From Myxococcota bacterium (lineage in GTDB: Bacteria; Myxococcota_A; Polyangia; Nannocystales; Nannocystaceae), in NCBI GenBank assembly GCA_039194325.1, contig JBCCWC010000006.1, forward strand, positions 91,187 through 155,186: a stretch of DNA of 64,000 nucleotides, read 5' to 3'. The notes under the pieces were generated by a model, which worked only from the letters and a program-made list of their open reading frames with translations, was not told the DNA's origin and did not search any database. Positions 53,692-64,000 of the stretch are shown here, piece by piece. Position 1 is the first letter of the stretch. The number at the start of each line of letters is the position of its first letter. Position numbers and translations under genes: made by a program.

Positions 53692-54252
53692 CTACCGAAA
53701 CAGCTGCTGTCGGTAGAACCGCAGCTCTTCGATCGATTCCCGAATGTCGTCGAGCGCTCGGTGCGTCTCCTGCTTGGATGGAGGCTTGATCTCGGGATAC
53801 CAGCGCCGCGACAGCTCCTTGATCGAGGAGACATCGACCAGGCGATAGTGCAGGAACTCGTCGAGCTTCGGCATATAGCGCACGATGAAGCGACGATCCT
53901 GGTAGACCGAGTTCCCACAAAGCGGCGAGGCCCCGGCCCGCGTCCACTGGGCCAAGAACTCGAGGGTCTGGCGCTCCGCGTCCGCGTCGTCGGTCGTCGA
54001 GGCCTGAACCTGAGCGGTCAGGCCACTCTCGCCGTGGTGGCGGGTGCACCACTCGTCCATGGCCCCGAGAACCTGCGGGGGCTGGTGCACCACCAGGTCG
54101 GGGCCCTCGGCCAGGATGTTCAGGTCGCCATCGGTGACGATGGTGGCGATCTCGAGGATCCGGCAGGACTCGGGGTCGAGCCCCGACATCTCCATGTCGA
54201 TCCACACCAGCGGGGCCGGCTCGGGGCTCGACGCTTCGCTCTGCTCGGTCAC
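53692..54252 (-). CDS. orn: Oligoribonuclease
   Basis: [60 protein letters not shown]. Confidence 0.97.
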   Translation of the reverse strand: MTEQSEASSPEPAPLVWIDMEMSGLDPESCRILEIATIVTDGDLNILAEGPDLVVHQPPQVLGAMDEWCTRHHGESGLTAQVQASTTDDADAERQTLEFLAQWTRAGASPLCGNSVYQDRRFIVRYMPKLDEFLHYRLVDVSSIKELSRRWYPEIKPPSKQETHRALDDIRESIEELRFYRQQLFR

Positions 54253-54271
54253 GGGCAAGACCTTACACGAT

Positions 54272-55507
54272 TCACCGAACACCGAGCAGATCAGCCAGGG
54301 CGCTGCGAACCCAGACCGGATGATCGTAGCCGGACGCATCGCTGCGCTCGCGGGGGGCGACGAGCCGAGCGACCACGTGCTCCACGGGATCATGCGGCTC
54401 GGACGGACGCTCCACCAAGTGCACGTCGACGCTCTGCGGGCAGCCTTCGCAGCGTGGCAGCGTGGCCGACCGACCGGCGTAGGCCTGGCTTATATCCGCG
54501 TGGGTCAGCGCGACCACATCGTCCACCTCGACCGCATAGCCCTCGCGGTCGTACTCGCCCATTCGCACCATGCGGTAGGCCATGCCGTAGAGCAGGTGGG
54601 TCGCGGCATCGAGCGCGGCCGCCTCGCGCGGTAGGCCATCGAGCTCGAAGTCCACGCTGCCGAAGCGACGCATGCCCCGGGTTGAAAGACGCACGAACCC
54701 CTCGCCGTGACGGGGGTCGGGGAACGGCACCACCACCACCTGGTCGGCCACGTTCCCCACCGTGGACTGGAGACGGCGCCGGGTGAAGGCGTCTAGGCTC
54801 ATGGTCTCACCGGTGTCGGGATCGTGGATCAGCGCCTGGCGATCGGCGGCCACGATGCGCACGAGGGTTTGCAGCAGGCGCAGGCCACGAACCCCGTAGC
54901 GGTTGCGATAGTGAGCTCGGAGGATCAGGGCGTGCCGACGAGCGGGGAGGCTCGCTCGCTCTTGTTCACTCAGCTCGCGGGTGGAGATCGGATCGCGGAG
55001 CGCCTCGAGGGGGATGAGCGGCTCCTCACCCGCGGCCGCCACCGGTAGCCGGTCGAGGTGTAGACCCAGCAAGTCCTGATGCTGGATGGTCTGGCGCTCC
55101 TGCGCGGTCAAAGAGGGATCGGCCATCGACGGACGCGGCTGCGTGGTCACCAACTCGAGCAGCAGCTTGACCTCGGGCTCGTCCTCGGCCGAGGACAGCG
55201 TGGTGCGGACCAGCTGGGCCAGCGACTCGCGGGTGGGCTCGGGGCCCGGCGACAGCAGCAGCAGCAGGTAGGCCTGGCTGGTGCGATCGGCGAACACCAC
55301 ATGGTGCGCCGATTCGCTCCGCTCGTGCTCTTCGTTGGCAGCCGAGGCAGCCGAGGCAGCCGAGGCGGCCGAGGCGGCCGAGGCCGCGACCGGCGACGCC
55401 GGGGCCTGCGAGCGACCGTCGTCGTCGCGCTTGGTTGGGCACGCGAAGAGCGAAGCCGACAGGGAGAGCCAGGCCAGCGGGCGGAGCAAGCGAGTGGTCG
55501 AGTTCAT
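54272..55507 (-). CDS. Hypothetical lipoprotein
   Basis: Lipobox LFAC, (ASA)n linker, [10 protein letters not shown] motif. Start overlaps the upstream stop (ATGA). Confidence 0.75.
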   Translation of the reverse strand: MNSTTRLLRPLAWLSLSASLFACPTKRDDDGRSQAPASPVAASAASAASAASAASAANEEHERSESAHHVVFADRTSQAYLLLLLSPGPEPTRESLAQLVRTTLSSAEDEPEVKLLLELVTTQPRPSMADPSLTAQERQTIQHQDLLGLHLDRLPVAAAGEEPLIPLEALRDPISTRELSEQERASLPARRHALILRAHYRNRYGVRGLRLLQTLVRIVAADRQALIHDPDTGETMSLDAFTRRRLQSTVGNVADQVVVVPFPDPRHGEGFVRLSTRGMRRFGSVDFELDGLPREAAALDAATHLLYGMAYRMVRMGEYDREGYAVEVDDVVALTHADISQAYAGRSATLPRCEGCPQSVDVHLVERPSEPHDPVEHVVARLVAPRERSDASGYDHPVWVRSALADLLGVR

Positions 55508-56523
55508 GGAGAGGCTTTCGCGTTCGAGCCCAGCAGGTGGGCGACCAGGGACGGATCCACGTTGCCCCCCGAGAGGATCACGCCGATCCGACGCGGCTGT
55601 TCCGGCAATTTGCCCTGGAGGGCGACCGCGAGCGCCGCCGCCCCCGAGGGCTCGACCAGCACCTTACCGTGCACCAGCAAGGCGGCCAGCGCGAGCCCTA
55701 GCTGCTCGTCGCCCACCCGGAACGAGCCGGCCACGTGCTGCCGAGCGATTGCGAAGTTGAGGCGACCGACCATGGTGGGCTTGAGACCATCGGCCAGGGT
55801 CGGCCCGGGCGGCACCGCCACCCGCTCGCCGGCCTCGAGGCTCCGGGCCATGGCATCGCATCCATGGGGCTCTACGCTGTAGATCTTGGCGCCGGTGGGG
55901 GCCGCGGCCAAGCACGCCCCGGCGATCAGACCGCCGCCGCCCACGGGGATGAGTAGGGCATCGAGGGTGCCGCCATCGGTGGCCGCGGCCACCTCGTCGC
56001 ACAGCTCGAGCGTCGCCGTGCCGGCGCCAGCCACGATGTGGGGATGATCGAAGGGCTGCACCACCGCCCCCCCCGTGCGCTCGGCCAGCGCCATCGCCAC
56101 CGCTCGGCGCTCGTCGGAGCGCGTCCCCTCGAAGATCACCTCGGCGCCCAGCGTTCGCACCCCGGCGACCTTGATCTGGGGAGCATCGGTGGGCATCACG
56201 ATGGTGGCCTTGCACCCGAAGCTACGGGCGGCCAGGGCCACCGCCTGGGCGTGGTTGCCCGAGCTGAACGTGATGATCCCGCGGGCGCGCTCCGCCTCGC
56301 TCAGGTGCCCCACCGCATGCATCGCGCCGCGCGCCTTGAACGCGCCGATCCGCTGGAGGTTTTCGGCCTTGAGCCACAGCTCGGCCCCCGCCATGGCGTC
56401 GAGCGCCTCGACGCGCAGCACCGGGGTTCGGCGGACGCGGCCGGCAATACGCTCGGCCGCCGCCCGCACGTCGGCCACGTCGAGCGCGGGGAGCACCGCG
56501 GCGTCGTGTTCGGCATCCAGCAT
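55504..56523 (-). CDS. PLP-dependent threonine/serine dehydratase (serine racemase-like)
   Basis: [39 protein letters not shown]. Confidence 0.93.
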   Translation of the reverse strand: MLDAEHDAAVLPALDVADVRAAAERIAGRVRRTPVLRVEALDAMAGAELWLKAENLQRIGAFKARGAMHAVGHLSEAERARGIITFSSGNHAQAVALAARSFGCKATIVMPTDAPQIKVAGVRTLGAEVIFEGTRSDERRAVAMALAERTGGAVVQPFDHPHIVAGAGTATLELCDEVAAATDGGTLDALLIPVGGGGLIAGACLAAAPTGAKIYSVEPHGCDAMARSLEAGERVAVPPGPTLADGLKPTMVGRLNFAIARQHVAGSFRVGDEQLGLALAALLVHGKVLVEPSGAAALAVALQGKLPEQPRRIGVILSGGNVDPSLVAHLLGSNAKASP

Positions 56524-56606
56524 GAGGCGGCCAGGCTAGCACCCCGGAAGGTCGGGGTACCCGCTCCACCGGTATCGCGGGCAGTCGACCCGCGCGCCCC
56601 CCGACG

Positions 56607-57629
56607 CTATAGGTTCGGGCTGGTCACCGTGGGCCGAATGCAGAAGTCTCCGTCCAATGGAAGCGTCGAGACCTCGGTGAACATGGGCAAGCCGCAATTC
56701 TCGGCTCGAAACCAGCTATCGCCCCCGTTGTCGACGTCGGTAAAGTCGACACGAAAGCCCTCCATCGGGTCTTCTCCGTGCAGTCCCACGCAAAAACCCG
56801 TGGTGGCCACGTTGATCGGAGCCGGCAAGGTGAATGTGTGCAGACCCGTCACGATGTCCATGACCGGATCGAGCGCCACCATATCAACCAGCATCCCCGG
56901 GGAGTTGCCGGGCCCGGCCCACTCGTGGACGACCAGATCGACCGCGCTGGGCAGAGGCTGGTCGTCCGTGATCGAGTATTGCACCTCGATTACGTCGATG
57001 GGCGGAACAAGGCTCGTTTGGTAGCACTCGAGCATGTCTTGGGGATTGCCGCCCATTCCACCCAAGCAGCCCAGCTCAGCCGCGTCGCAGTTGCCGTTGT
57101 CGTTTTGGAGCGACTCGGTGGTGAAGCAGCCGCTGGCGTCGTAGGCACAGGCATTGCCGCAGGCCAGCACCCCGTCGTCGTAGCCCAGACCCACGCAGGT
57201 CGCCCCCCCCAGGTTCGCCGAGTCACAGTCTTCGCCGGGGTCGATCATTCCGTTGCCGCAGTCGTCGGCGATCCCTGTGGAGCTCCCCGAGCCCGCCGTC
57301 GGGTCCGTCGGGTCCGTCGGGTCCGTCGGGTCCGTCGGGTCCGTCGGGTCCGTCGGGTCCGTCGTCGGGCCACCGGTCGGATCCGTCGTCGCCGTATCGT
57401 CCACAGACATAGCGGTCCCTCCCCCGGTCATTACGTCGTCGCTCGCGTCGGTGACCGTGGTGTTGGGATTGGTCGACATCGTCGTGCTCGTCGGCGCCGT
57501 CGTGCTGCCGCTCTCGGCCCCTCCGAACGTTGTCAAACTCGGGGTATCGTCTCCCAGGCACCCCGCGAGCGGGACGACCAGGGAAGCGACGCAAGCCATC
57601 GAAATGCCAAGGAAGCCTCGTGAGCGCAT
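56607..57629 (-). CDS. Cys-rich lipoprotein with (PTD)n linker
   Basis: LAGC, (DPT)7 encoded by a 9-bp repeat near 57297-57363, CGNGMIDPGEDCD motif. Confidence 0.8.
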   Translation of the reverse strand: MRSRGFLGISMACVASLVVPLAGCLGDDTPSLTTFGGAESGSTTAPTSTTMSTNPNTTVTDASDDVMTGGGTAMSVDDTATTDPTGGPTTDPTDPTDPTDPTDPTDPTDPTAGSGSSTGIADDCGNGMIDPGEDCDSANLGGATCVGLGYDDGVLACGNACAYDASGCFTTESLQNDNGNCDAAELGCLGGMGGNPQDMLECYQTSLVPPIDVIEVQYSITDDQPLPSAVDLVVHEWAGPGNSPGMLVDMVALDPVMDIVTGLHTFTLPAPINVATTGFCVGLHGEDPMEGFRVDFTDVDNGGDSWFRAENCGLPMFTEVSTLPLDGDFCIRPTVTSPNL

Positions 57630-57766
57630 GGGGGCGATCATGCGTGTGGTTCCCGACGGGCCGCAACTGATCCTACGCACCGGCAACGACGTCGCGACCT
57701 CGGTCCTGGTCTCACGGACGAGGGCTTCCCCCACGGCCCGTGACGATCGATACACGAAAGGACCAG

Positions 57767-59098
57767 TCAGGCCAGCGAGGCCAAACCAAGCCCAGCGAGC
57801 GCCAGTAGCCCCGCCGCTCCGATCCCCGCCATCGCCATGATCCCCATGAACAGCCGGGGCCGAGCATCAGCAAAGGTCGACACGCGATTTTGTTGCGCTT
57901 TGAAGAAGGTAACGGGGCACTCCACGGCGATCTCGCCGGATCGAATGTGCTCGAGCAGGACCAGCGCCTCGCTCGCGTTTTGGAGACGCGCCTCGGGGTC
58001 GCGCGCCAAGCCCCTGCGCAAGAAGGATCGCAGCTCGATGGGGACTGGGGGCTGTAAGGGACTCACCCAAGGGGCCGGATCGTACCAAGGAGGCTTCGCG
58101 GGCCCTTCGATCACTTCTCCGAGGGTGGCGTAGACGTTGTCGTCGCTGCGGACATAGCGGCGCAGGGTCAACAACTCGAACAGCACCACGAACGCGCTAT
58201 ACAGATCGGATCGTCGATCGACCGCCGCCCGATCCCCACGCGCCTGCTCGGGAGACATGTAGAGCGGAGTACCCAGCAGGGCACCGTCTTGCGTCATGCG
58301 AGGGCTCGATGATGCCCCGGGACCACCGCCCGCGGCCTCGGCCCCCTTTGGCGCCAGCGACGGCCCCGAGTCTCGCCGGGCGATCCCCCAGTCCATCAGC
58401 CGCACCTCGCCATGAATGCCGAGCATGACGTTGGCCGGCTTGACGTCCCGATGCAAGATCCCCTGATCGTGGGCGTAGTCGAGGGCGTGCAGCATGCCCA
58501 CGAAGATGTCGAGGCGCCGGGCGAGCGGGAACTGGGCATGGGCCTTGGGATCCCCCGCCACCAACCGGTCGATGAGCTCTTCGAGGCTCTGCCCCTCCAC
58601 GTACTTCATGGTGAAGAATAGGCGGCCATCCTCGTCGCGACCTACGTCGTAGATCGGCGTGATGTTGGGGTGGTCGAGCGAGCCCATGGTGCGAACCTCG
58701 TCGACGAAGCGCGCGACCGTGGCCGGCGTCTCGCCCCCCGAAGGCAGGCGCTTGAGGGCCACGGGACGGCCGATGTCGTGGTCTTCACTCAGCTCCACCT
58801 CGCCCATGGCTCCGGCTCCGAGCCGGCGCTTGGCCGAGTAGCGCGAGCGCGCGTGAGGTTCGAGGCGCAGCGAGCCTGGGTCCTCCGAGATCACTCGTGG
58901 CAGCACCGTGGTCCGCCCCACCAGGGTGCCGTCGACCGCGGGATCCATGGAGTCCCCAGAGGATGGCGCGACCCAGGTCTGGTCCAGGGCTTCGTCCACA
59001 GACGGCGCTTGCGACGCCGACACGGTCTTCATCGTTTCGATCGTGGACGGCACGGCGTTCGTGGGAGACATCGCATGGGACATCGGACTCATCATCAT
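57767..59098 (-). CDS. Ser/Thr protein kinase with C-terminal TM anchor
   Basis: GAGAMG, VALK, HRDVKPAN, DWG, GTPLYMSPE; terminal hydrophobic helix. Start uncertain. Confidence 0.92.
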   Translation of the reverse strand: MMMSPMSHAMSPTNAVPSTIETMKTVSASQAPSVDEALDQTWVAPSSGDSMDPAVDGTLVGRTTVLPRVISEDPGSLRLEPHARSRYSAKRRLGAGAMGEVELSEDHDIGRPVALKRLPSGGETPATVARFVDEVRTMGSLDHPNITPIYDVGRDEDGRLFFTMKYVEGQSLEELIDRLVAGDPKAHAQFPLARRLDIFVGMLHALDYAHDQGILHRDVKPANVMLGIHGEVRLMDWGIARRDSGPSLAPKGAEAAGGGPGASSSPRMTQDGALLGTPLYMSPEQARGDRAAVDRRSDLYSAFVVLFELLTLRRYVRSDDNVYATLGEVIEGPAKPPWYDPAPWVSPLQPPVPIELRSFLRRGLARDPEARLQNASEALVLLEHIRSGEIAVECPVTFFKAQQNRVSTFADARPRLFMGIMAMAGIGAAGLLALAGLGLASLA

Positions 59099-59307
59099 AT
59101 GAGCTCCCGAACGACTAGGGGAACAAGCCGTCCGATGCTCGATCGCCATCCACCATGTCCCGGTTACGAACCCGCCGGATGGACGGGCTGAGACGAGTGC
59201 CTGCTCGCACCTTCACGTACAAGCAACGACCTTGCTCATCCAGTTCCAGCCGCAGTTCCAGCCGTAGTTCCAGCCACCAGTGCTGGGGCATCCGCTCGTC
59301 GTGCGAA

Positions 59308-59949
59308 TCACGCACCGGCCTTGCGGAACTTTTGAAGGAACCGCTCGGGGATCTGGTAGTCCGGCTTTTGGCGACTACTGGTCACGATCGTTCCCGGGGG
59401 TACGTCACGATCGACCACGACCCCGGCGTTGACCACCGCATCCTCGCCGATCTCCACGCCGCACAGCACCACACAGCCCGCCCCCACCGAGCATCCCCGC
59501 CGCAAGATCGTGGGCTTTTGTTTCTTGGGGATCAGCCGAGCGGTGGGCTTGTTGGGATACTCGCCCAGGTTGAGGTGCGTCAGGATCATCGCCCGCATGC
59601 CCACCGAGACGCTGTCCTCGATGATGAGTCGATCGGTGAGATCGAGAAAGGCCTGGCGACCGACGTGCGAGTAGGCGCCGATGCTCAGGTTGGCGTAGCT
59701 CGGGCCCGACTCGTGGATCGTGATGTTGGGGCCTACGGGCCAAGCCTCGGGGTGAATGTCCGCGCCATAGTGGATGAGGATCTCCTTGGTGATGTCGGGG
59801 CTCCAGCACTGCAGCAAGTAGGCGGAGATCAAGAACATCCCCCCGGCCGCGTGAAGCTGGTCGAGATCCGGCATCTGGGTCTGAGCCCAGACCTTCGTGC
59901 GTGCAAACTTGAGGAGCCGCTCGGCGGCAGGAGGCAATCTCACCCGCAT
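59308..59949 (-). CDS. Hexapeptide-repeat (left-handed beta-helix) acyltransferase
   Basis: LSIGAYSHVG, IIEDSVSVG..AMILTH, VGAGCVVLCGVEIGEDAVV.AG.VV..DVPP. Confidence 0.88.
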   Translation of the reverse strand: MRVRLPPAAERLLKFARTKVWAQTQMPDLDQLHAAGGMFLISAYLLQCWSPDITKEILIHYGADIHPEAWPVGPNITIHESGPSYANLSIGAYSHVGRQAFLDLTDRLIIEDSVSVGMRAMILTHLNLGEYPNKPTARLIPKKQKPTILRRGCSVGAGCVVLCGVEIGEDAVVNAGVVVDRDVPPGTIVTSSRQKPDYQIPERFLQKFRKAGA

Positions 59950-60003
59950 GGCCCATCATGGCCCAGCCACGAGGAGCGAGTCGCGACGCCCGGTCGACCG
60001 CTC

Positions 60004-60684
60004 TCATTGCGCTGGCTCACCCAGGGGCTCCGATAGGTAGCGCACCAGCATTCGCTTGGTCTCACGGACGATCGCGTCGCAGACCGCCGGATCCTCCTCA
60101 CGCACGAGCACCAGGATCATGGTGGCGACCGTATTGACGACCATGGTAGCCACCACCCGCCGCTGCGGTACCGCCATGTCGGGCGCCCACCCGGCAAAGA
60201 GCGTCGCGGTCGCATCCACCAGCTCGCGGAGCAACGCCTGGTCGGCCTCGGCGTACTCACCGTAAAGCTCGAGGTTGCGCCAGATCGCCTGCATGATGAC
60301 GCTGCCTTCGTGCAGCCGGTGAAAACCGTCGATGAAGCGCTCCAGCAGCACGTTCCAGGGCTGCGCGAGCGGAGCGGGGCCCAGCAACTCAGCGTAGCGT
60401 TCGCGTGACTGCTCCAAGCACCGCAGCGCGACCTCGCGAAACACGGCCCGCTTGTTGGGAAAGAACTGGTAGACCGAGCCGATCGAGGTCTCGGCCCGCG
60501 CGGCGATCCCCTCCATGGTGGTCTGGGAAAAGCCAACGCGAGCGAATGACTCCGCGGCCACCCTCACGATGGCCTCGAACCGGCGCCGACTGCGCTCTTG
60601 GGTCGGGCGGCGCCGGGTCGGCAACGCCGAAGCACCCTCAGCCGCCTTCTTGCGCCCACGAGTCGATGACTTACGCGCAGCCAC
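60004..60684 (-). CDS. TetR/AcrR family regulator, divergent from the P450
   Basis: RRPTQERS, GF..TT..IA.RA..SIGSVYQFFPNK. Confidence 0.93.
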   Translation of the reverse strand: MAARKSSTRGRKKAAEGASALPTRRRPTQERSRRRFEAIVRVAAESFARVGFSQTTMEGIAARAETSIGSVYQFFPNKRAVFREVALRCLEQSRERYAELLGPAPLAQPWNVLLERFIDGFHRLHEGSVIMQAIWRNLELYGEYAEADQALLRELVDATATLFAGWAPDMAVPQRRVVATMVVNTVATMILVLVREEDPAVCDAIVRETKRMLVRYLSEPLGEPAQ

Positions 60685-60691
60685 TCGACAA

Positions 60692-60742
60692 AATCTGAGG
60701 ATGCCCTCACGTTATTGTCAAATATGAGGACAGCCTCACATT
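60692..60742. promoter_or_regulatory. Two palindromic operator-like sites (TGAGG-N4-CCTCA) flanking a TTGACA -35
   Basis: Cores at 60696-60709 and 60725-60738; minus-strand TTGACA at 60716-60721. Confidence 0.8.
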
Positions 60743-62133
60743 CTTCGACCTCCTCCTGCGAGGCCCCGCCCGCGGTGGATCTGCCCCCCGGTCCCCGTGG
60801 GCTCCCCCTGGTCGGCCACCTCGGCCTGCTCCGCGATCCGCTGACCGCGCTCGTTCGGGCCCACGAGCAGCTGGGCGATGCCGTCTGCTTTCGCGTGGGG
60901 CCGATCCGTTTTCTCTCGGTGGCCGACCCTGCCATGGCCCATCACGTGCTGGTGGGCAATCACCGCAACTACGTCAAGAGCCGCAGCTACCAGGGTCTGC
61001 GCCTGGTGCTGGGCGATGGCTTGGTCACCAGCGAAGGCACGCATTGGCGAAGGCAACGCAAGCTGGTCCAGCCCGCGTTCCATCGCCAGCGCCTGGCGGG
61101 GCTGGCCGACACCATGGCGCGCTGCGTCGGCGAGCGGCTGGACGACTGGGATCGCCGCCCCCGCCCCGAGGCAGACATCCATGACGAGATGATGCAGCTG
61201 ACCATGCGCATCGTGGGTCGCACGCTCTTCGGCGCCGATCTGGGCGAAGATCTCGGCGCACTCGGACCGGTGATCACCACCTGCCTGCACAAGGCCAACG
61301 ACTACGCCGAAGCCCTGGTGCGGATCCCCCTTTGGGTGCCCACCCCGTCGAATCTCCGCTTCGCCCGAGCCAAGCGCCAACTCGACGCGATTGTGCACGA
61401 CATCATCGAGCAGCGTCGCCGCGGTGAGCCTCGCGACGACGTGCTGGGCATGCTGATGGCCGCCACCGACGAAACCGGCACCGAGCGCATGAGCGACCAG
61501 CAGCTCCGCGACGAGGTGATGACCCTATTCATGGCCGGCCACGAGACGATCGCCAATGCCATGAGCTGGACCTTCAAGCTGCTGCACCAGCACCCCGCGG
61601 TGGCCGAGCGCGTGCGGGTCGAGGCCCGGGCCGTGCTCGGCGGGCGAGCCCCGAGCTTCGAGGATCTGCCCACGCTCACCTACACGAGCCAGGTGATCGA
61701 CGAGTCCATGCGGCTCCACCCCCCGGTGTGGATCGTCGAGCGCCAAGCGCTGGCCGAAGACCGGCTGGGCCCGTGGCGCGTGCCCGCGGGCACCATCGTG
61801 GGCGTGTCCCCTTGGGTGATTCACCGGCACCGCGGCCAGTGGGATGACCCCGAACGCTTCGACCCCGAACGCTTTGCCCCCGAGCGCGCCGAGGGCCGCC
61901 CCAAGCACGCCTACCTGCCATTCGGAGCGGGGCCACGGATCTGCATCGGCAACCACTTCGCCCGAATGGAGGCCACGATCATCCTGGCCACCGTGCTCCA
62001 GCGCTACTCGGTCGAGATCCTCGACCCCCAGCGCGTCCGGTTTGACCCGCAGGTCACCCTTCGCCCGCTGGGGGGCATGCCCGGCCGACTGCATCGGCTC
62101 CCCCCCGGGGACCCCGTCGAGCGGGCTGCCTGA
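60724..62133 (+). CDS. Cytochrome P450
   Basis: PPGPRG.P, AGHETIA, ESMR (ExxR), PERF, FGAGPRICIG heme motif. Start is 60724 or GTG at 60775. Confidence 0.95.
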   Translation: MRTASHSSTSSCEAPPAVDLPPGPRGLPLVGHLGLLRDPLTALVRAHEQLGDAVCFRVGPIRFLSVADPAMAHHVLVGNHRNYVKSRSYQGLRLVLGDGLVTSEGTHWRRQRKLVQPAFHRQRLAGLADTMARCVGERLDDWDRRPRPEADIHDEMMQLTMRIVGRTLFGADLGEDLGALGPVITTCLHKANDYAEALVRIPLWVPTPSNLRFARAKRQLDAIVHDIIEQRRRGEPRDDVLGMLMAATDETGTERMSDQQLRDEVMTLFMAGHETIANAMSWTFKLLHQHPAVAERVRVEARAVLGGRAPSFEDLPTLTYTSQVIDESMRLHPPVWIVERQALAEDRLGPWRVPAGTIVGVSPWVIHRHRGQWDDPERFDPERFAPERAEGRPKHAYLPFGAGPRICIGNHFARMEATIILATVLQRYSVEILDPQRVRFDPQVTLRPLGGMPGRLHRLPPGDPVERAA

Positions 62134-62206
62134 AGATCACCCGAGGAAATCACCGTTTCGGCGGTTGCTAGGGGTGCACCGGGGGCGGTGGTACCCTGGC
62201 GCCAAC

Positions 62207-62716
62207 GTGGCCGTCTTCCACCCCGAGGACTGCAACCGTCTGGATTTCGAGATCCTCGCCGAAGGAGGAGTCGCCCTCTACTACCAGCACGAGATCCTCG
62301 GCGAGGATCTCGCATGGTTCGCGCTCGAGCGCTACGAGGTGATCCAGTTCGACGAGGAGACTCTCGACTCGGTCGACGGCTTTCACTTCGAGGCTCGACT
62401 CAAGCTCGGCTTCCCCGAGAACTACGAGCCCACCCTCGACAACCTCCGCGACGCCCTGTCGGAGCTCGACGTGCCCTCCGAAGGAGGGATCGCCTTGGTG
62501 CTCCCGGGCGCCCACCGGATGGCCGAGGAAGATCGAGAGGGCTTCAACTCACTGGTGGGGTTGATCTCCGAGCTGTCCCACGAGTTCTTGCTGACCGGAC
62601 AGCGCTTCCTGGCCCTGGTCCAGAGCGACGACGGCGAGCTCGAGGTAGGGCCGGTCAGGACGCGACCGATCCTGTGGAACCCTCGCGAGCGCATGGCCTG
62701 GACCCGCGGGCTCTGA
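62207..62716 (+). CDS. Barstar-like domain protein
   Basis: LGFPENYEPTLDNLRDALSEL resembles the barstar FP.YYG.N.DAL.D.L motif; ends WNPRE. Confidence 0.65.
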   Translation: MAVFHPEDCNRLDFEILAEGGVALYYQHEILGEDLAWFALERYEVIQFDEETLDSVDGFHFEARLKLGFPENYEPTLDNLRDALSELDVPSEGGIALVLPGAHRMAEEDREGFNSLVGLISELSHEFLLTGQRFLALVQSDDGELEVGPVRTRPILWNPRERMAWTRGL

Positions 62717-62729
62717 GCACTGCACCGCC

Positions 62730-63623
62730 ATGCTCTTCGCCGACATCGAGCTCGCCGCTCGGATCGAGGCGGCCCAGGGCCAGCTGATGGCCGAATGCAC
62801 CGCCGCGACCGCGCGCCGCCGCCCCGAAGCGACGACTTGGGTCGAGCGGATCGCCGGGGGCGTGGCCACGATCGCCGGCGCTGGCTCCCCCCTCAACAAG
62901 GTCGTTGGCCTCGGGTTCGCGGGGCCGGTCGACGGGACCGAGCTCGGGGCCGCATTCGAGCCGGTCGAACAAGCCTTCGCCCGCGCCGGGCTCCCCGTTC
63001 AGGTCGAGCTGTCGACCCTGGCCGATCCGTCGATCTTGCCCGTGCTCGTCGCCCGCGGCTACGCCCTGACCGGCTTCGAGCACGTGCTGGGACGACCGCT
63101 GTCTTCGGAAGCTCCGGGTGATGCTCCTGACGACACCCCTGGCGAGGTTTGGGGGGCCATCGACGACGACGTGGAGATCGCCCCCTGTGGCGAGGATGAG
63201 CTGAACGTCTGGCTCGATGCGCTGGTGACCGGGTTCGTCCACCCCGATCGCCAAGGCGTGCCGTCTCACGAAGAGTTTCCCCGCGAGGCCCTCGAACGAG
63301 TCATCGGCGACATGGCCTCGACACCCGGCTTCGTCCGGTACCTCGCTCGGCGGAGGGGCGAACCAGCCGGTGGCGGCGGCCTGTGGATCTCCCAGCGGCA
63401 GGCCCTGCTGTGCGGGGCCGCCACCGTCCCCGCGCATCGGCGCCACGGGATCCAGACGGCCTTGCTACGAGCACGCCTGCACGAAGCCATGCGGGCGAGC
63501 TGCGATCTGGCCGTGGTGACCGTCTTGCCCGGATCTCGCTCCCAGCACAATGTACAGCGCCAAGGGTTCGTTCTGCTCTACACCCGGGCGGTCCTGGTGC
63601 GAGAGTCCCCGACGAGCTCCTGA
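62730..63623 (+). CDS. GNAT N-acetyltransferase
   Basis: SPLNKVVGLG, GAATVPAHRRHGIQTALL, SQHNVQRQGF.LLYTR. Confidence 0.9.
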   Translation: MLFADIELAARIEAAQGQLMAECTAATARRRPEATTWVERIAGGVATIAGAGSPLNKVVGLGFAGPVDGTELGAAFEPVEQAFARAGLPVQVELSTLADPSILPVLVARGYALTGFEHVLGRPLSSEAPGDAPDDTPGEVWGAIDDDVEIAPCGEDELNVWLDALVTGFVHPDRQGVPSHEEFPREALERVIGDMASTPGFVRYLARRRGEPAGGGGLWISQRQALLCGAATVPAHRRHGIQTALLRARLHEAMRASCDLAVVTVLPGSRSQHNVQRQGFVLLYTRAVLVRESPTSS

Positions 63624-63750
63624 CGCCGCGCCGCGCTGGGCAGGGAGATCGGCGTTCGTCCCAACACCCTTGCGACCCCGTGCCGGGAGCGCGATCATCC
63701 GGTGTCGGGCCCAGGATCGGCCCAGATCACCTCGCGGGGGGACATCTACA

Positions 63751-64000
63751 GTGTTCGACGTTTTGCGCCCTCGGGCCCTTTCGCATGCCGCGCTCGCGCT
63801 CGGCCTGCTCACCGCGGCGCCGCTTGCGGTGGCCACGTTCCTCGTGCCCACCACCGCACAGGCTGCCTCCAACGGCACGATCAGTGGTGTCATCACCAAC
63901 AAGAAGACCAAGGAGCGCCTCGCCGAGGCGCTGGTGATCCTCCAGTGCTCTTGCTTGCAGGGCACGCGCGAGACCCAGACCAACAGCAACGGTCTGTACG
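63751..64000 (+). CDS. Secreted protein starting with a carboxypeptidase-regulatory-like domain (likely TonB-dependent receptor), partial
   Basis: Not in the ORF track. Translation gives a signal ending AQA, then GTISGVITNKKTKERLAEALVIL...TQTNSNGLY. Confidence 0.75.
   Translation, partial: MFDVLRPRALSHAALALGLLTAAPLAVATFLVPTTAQAASNGTISGVITNKKTKERLAEALVILQCSCLQGTRETQTNSNGLY

Noticed and set aside
59308..62133. Secondary-metabolite cluster around the P450 and acyltransferase
   Set aside because: No PKS, NRPS, terpene or RiPP core gene in the window.

Overview
GC-rich (about 70% by eye) bacterial chromosome segment with a myxobacterial, Nannocystaceae-like gene repertoire (inference from MYXO-CTERM tails, Cys-rich lipoproteins, TPR-bearing Ser/Thr kinases, FHA and degenerate sigma54-activator proteins). 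It has about 47 CDS. I saw no rRNA, tRNA, CRISPR array or transposase. Recognisable genes include frmA, rtcB, orn, an S46 peptidase, a fatty-acid desaturase, a TetR/P450 pair and two histidine kinases. The strongest candidate for an undescribed system is a minus-strand unit at 30551-32425: sigma70 promoter, then an unannotated 18-aa leader peptide with a perfect Shine-Dalgarno, then a hairpin covering the next start region, then a divergent RbfA-like gene translationally coupled to an intact RtcB RNA ligase. It looks like a translation-sensing ribosome/rRNA repair module. Other highlights: a coupled kinase/pseudokinase paralog pair with zinc ribbon, L7/L12-CTD-like and TM domains; an 836-aa transglutaminase-elicitor-like protein; two tandem GAFTGA-less enhancer-binding proteins; a lipoprotein broken by one in-frame TAA; a low-GC TPR cassette inside a kinase; twin TetR operators; and many unrelated short tandem microduplications at gene ends. 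All family assignments come from motif recognition by eye, not database searches, and many start codons are best guesses.
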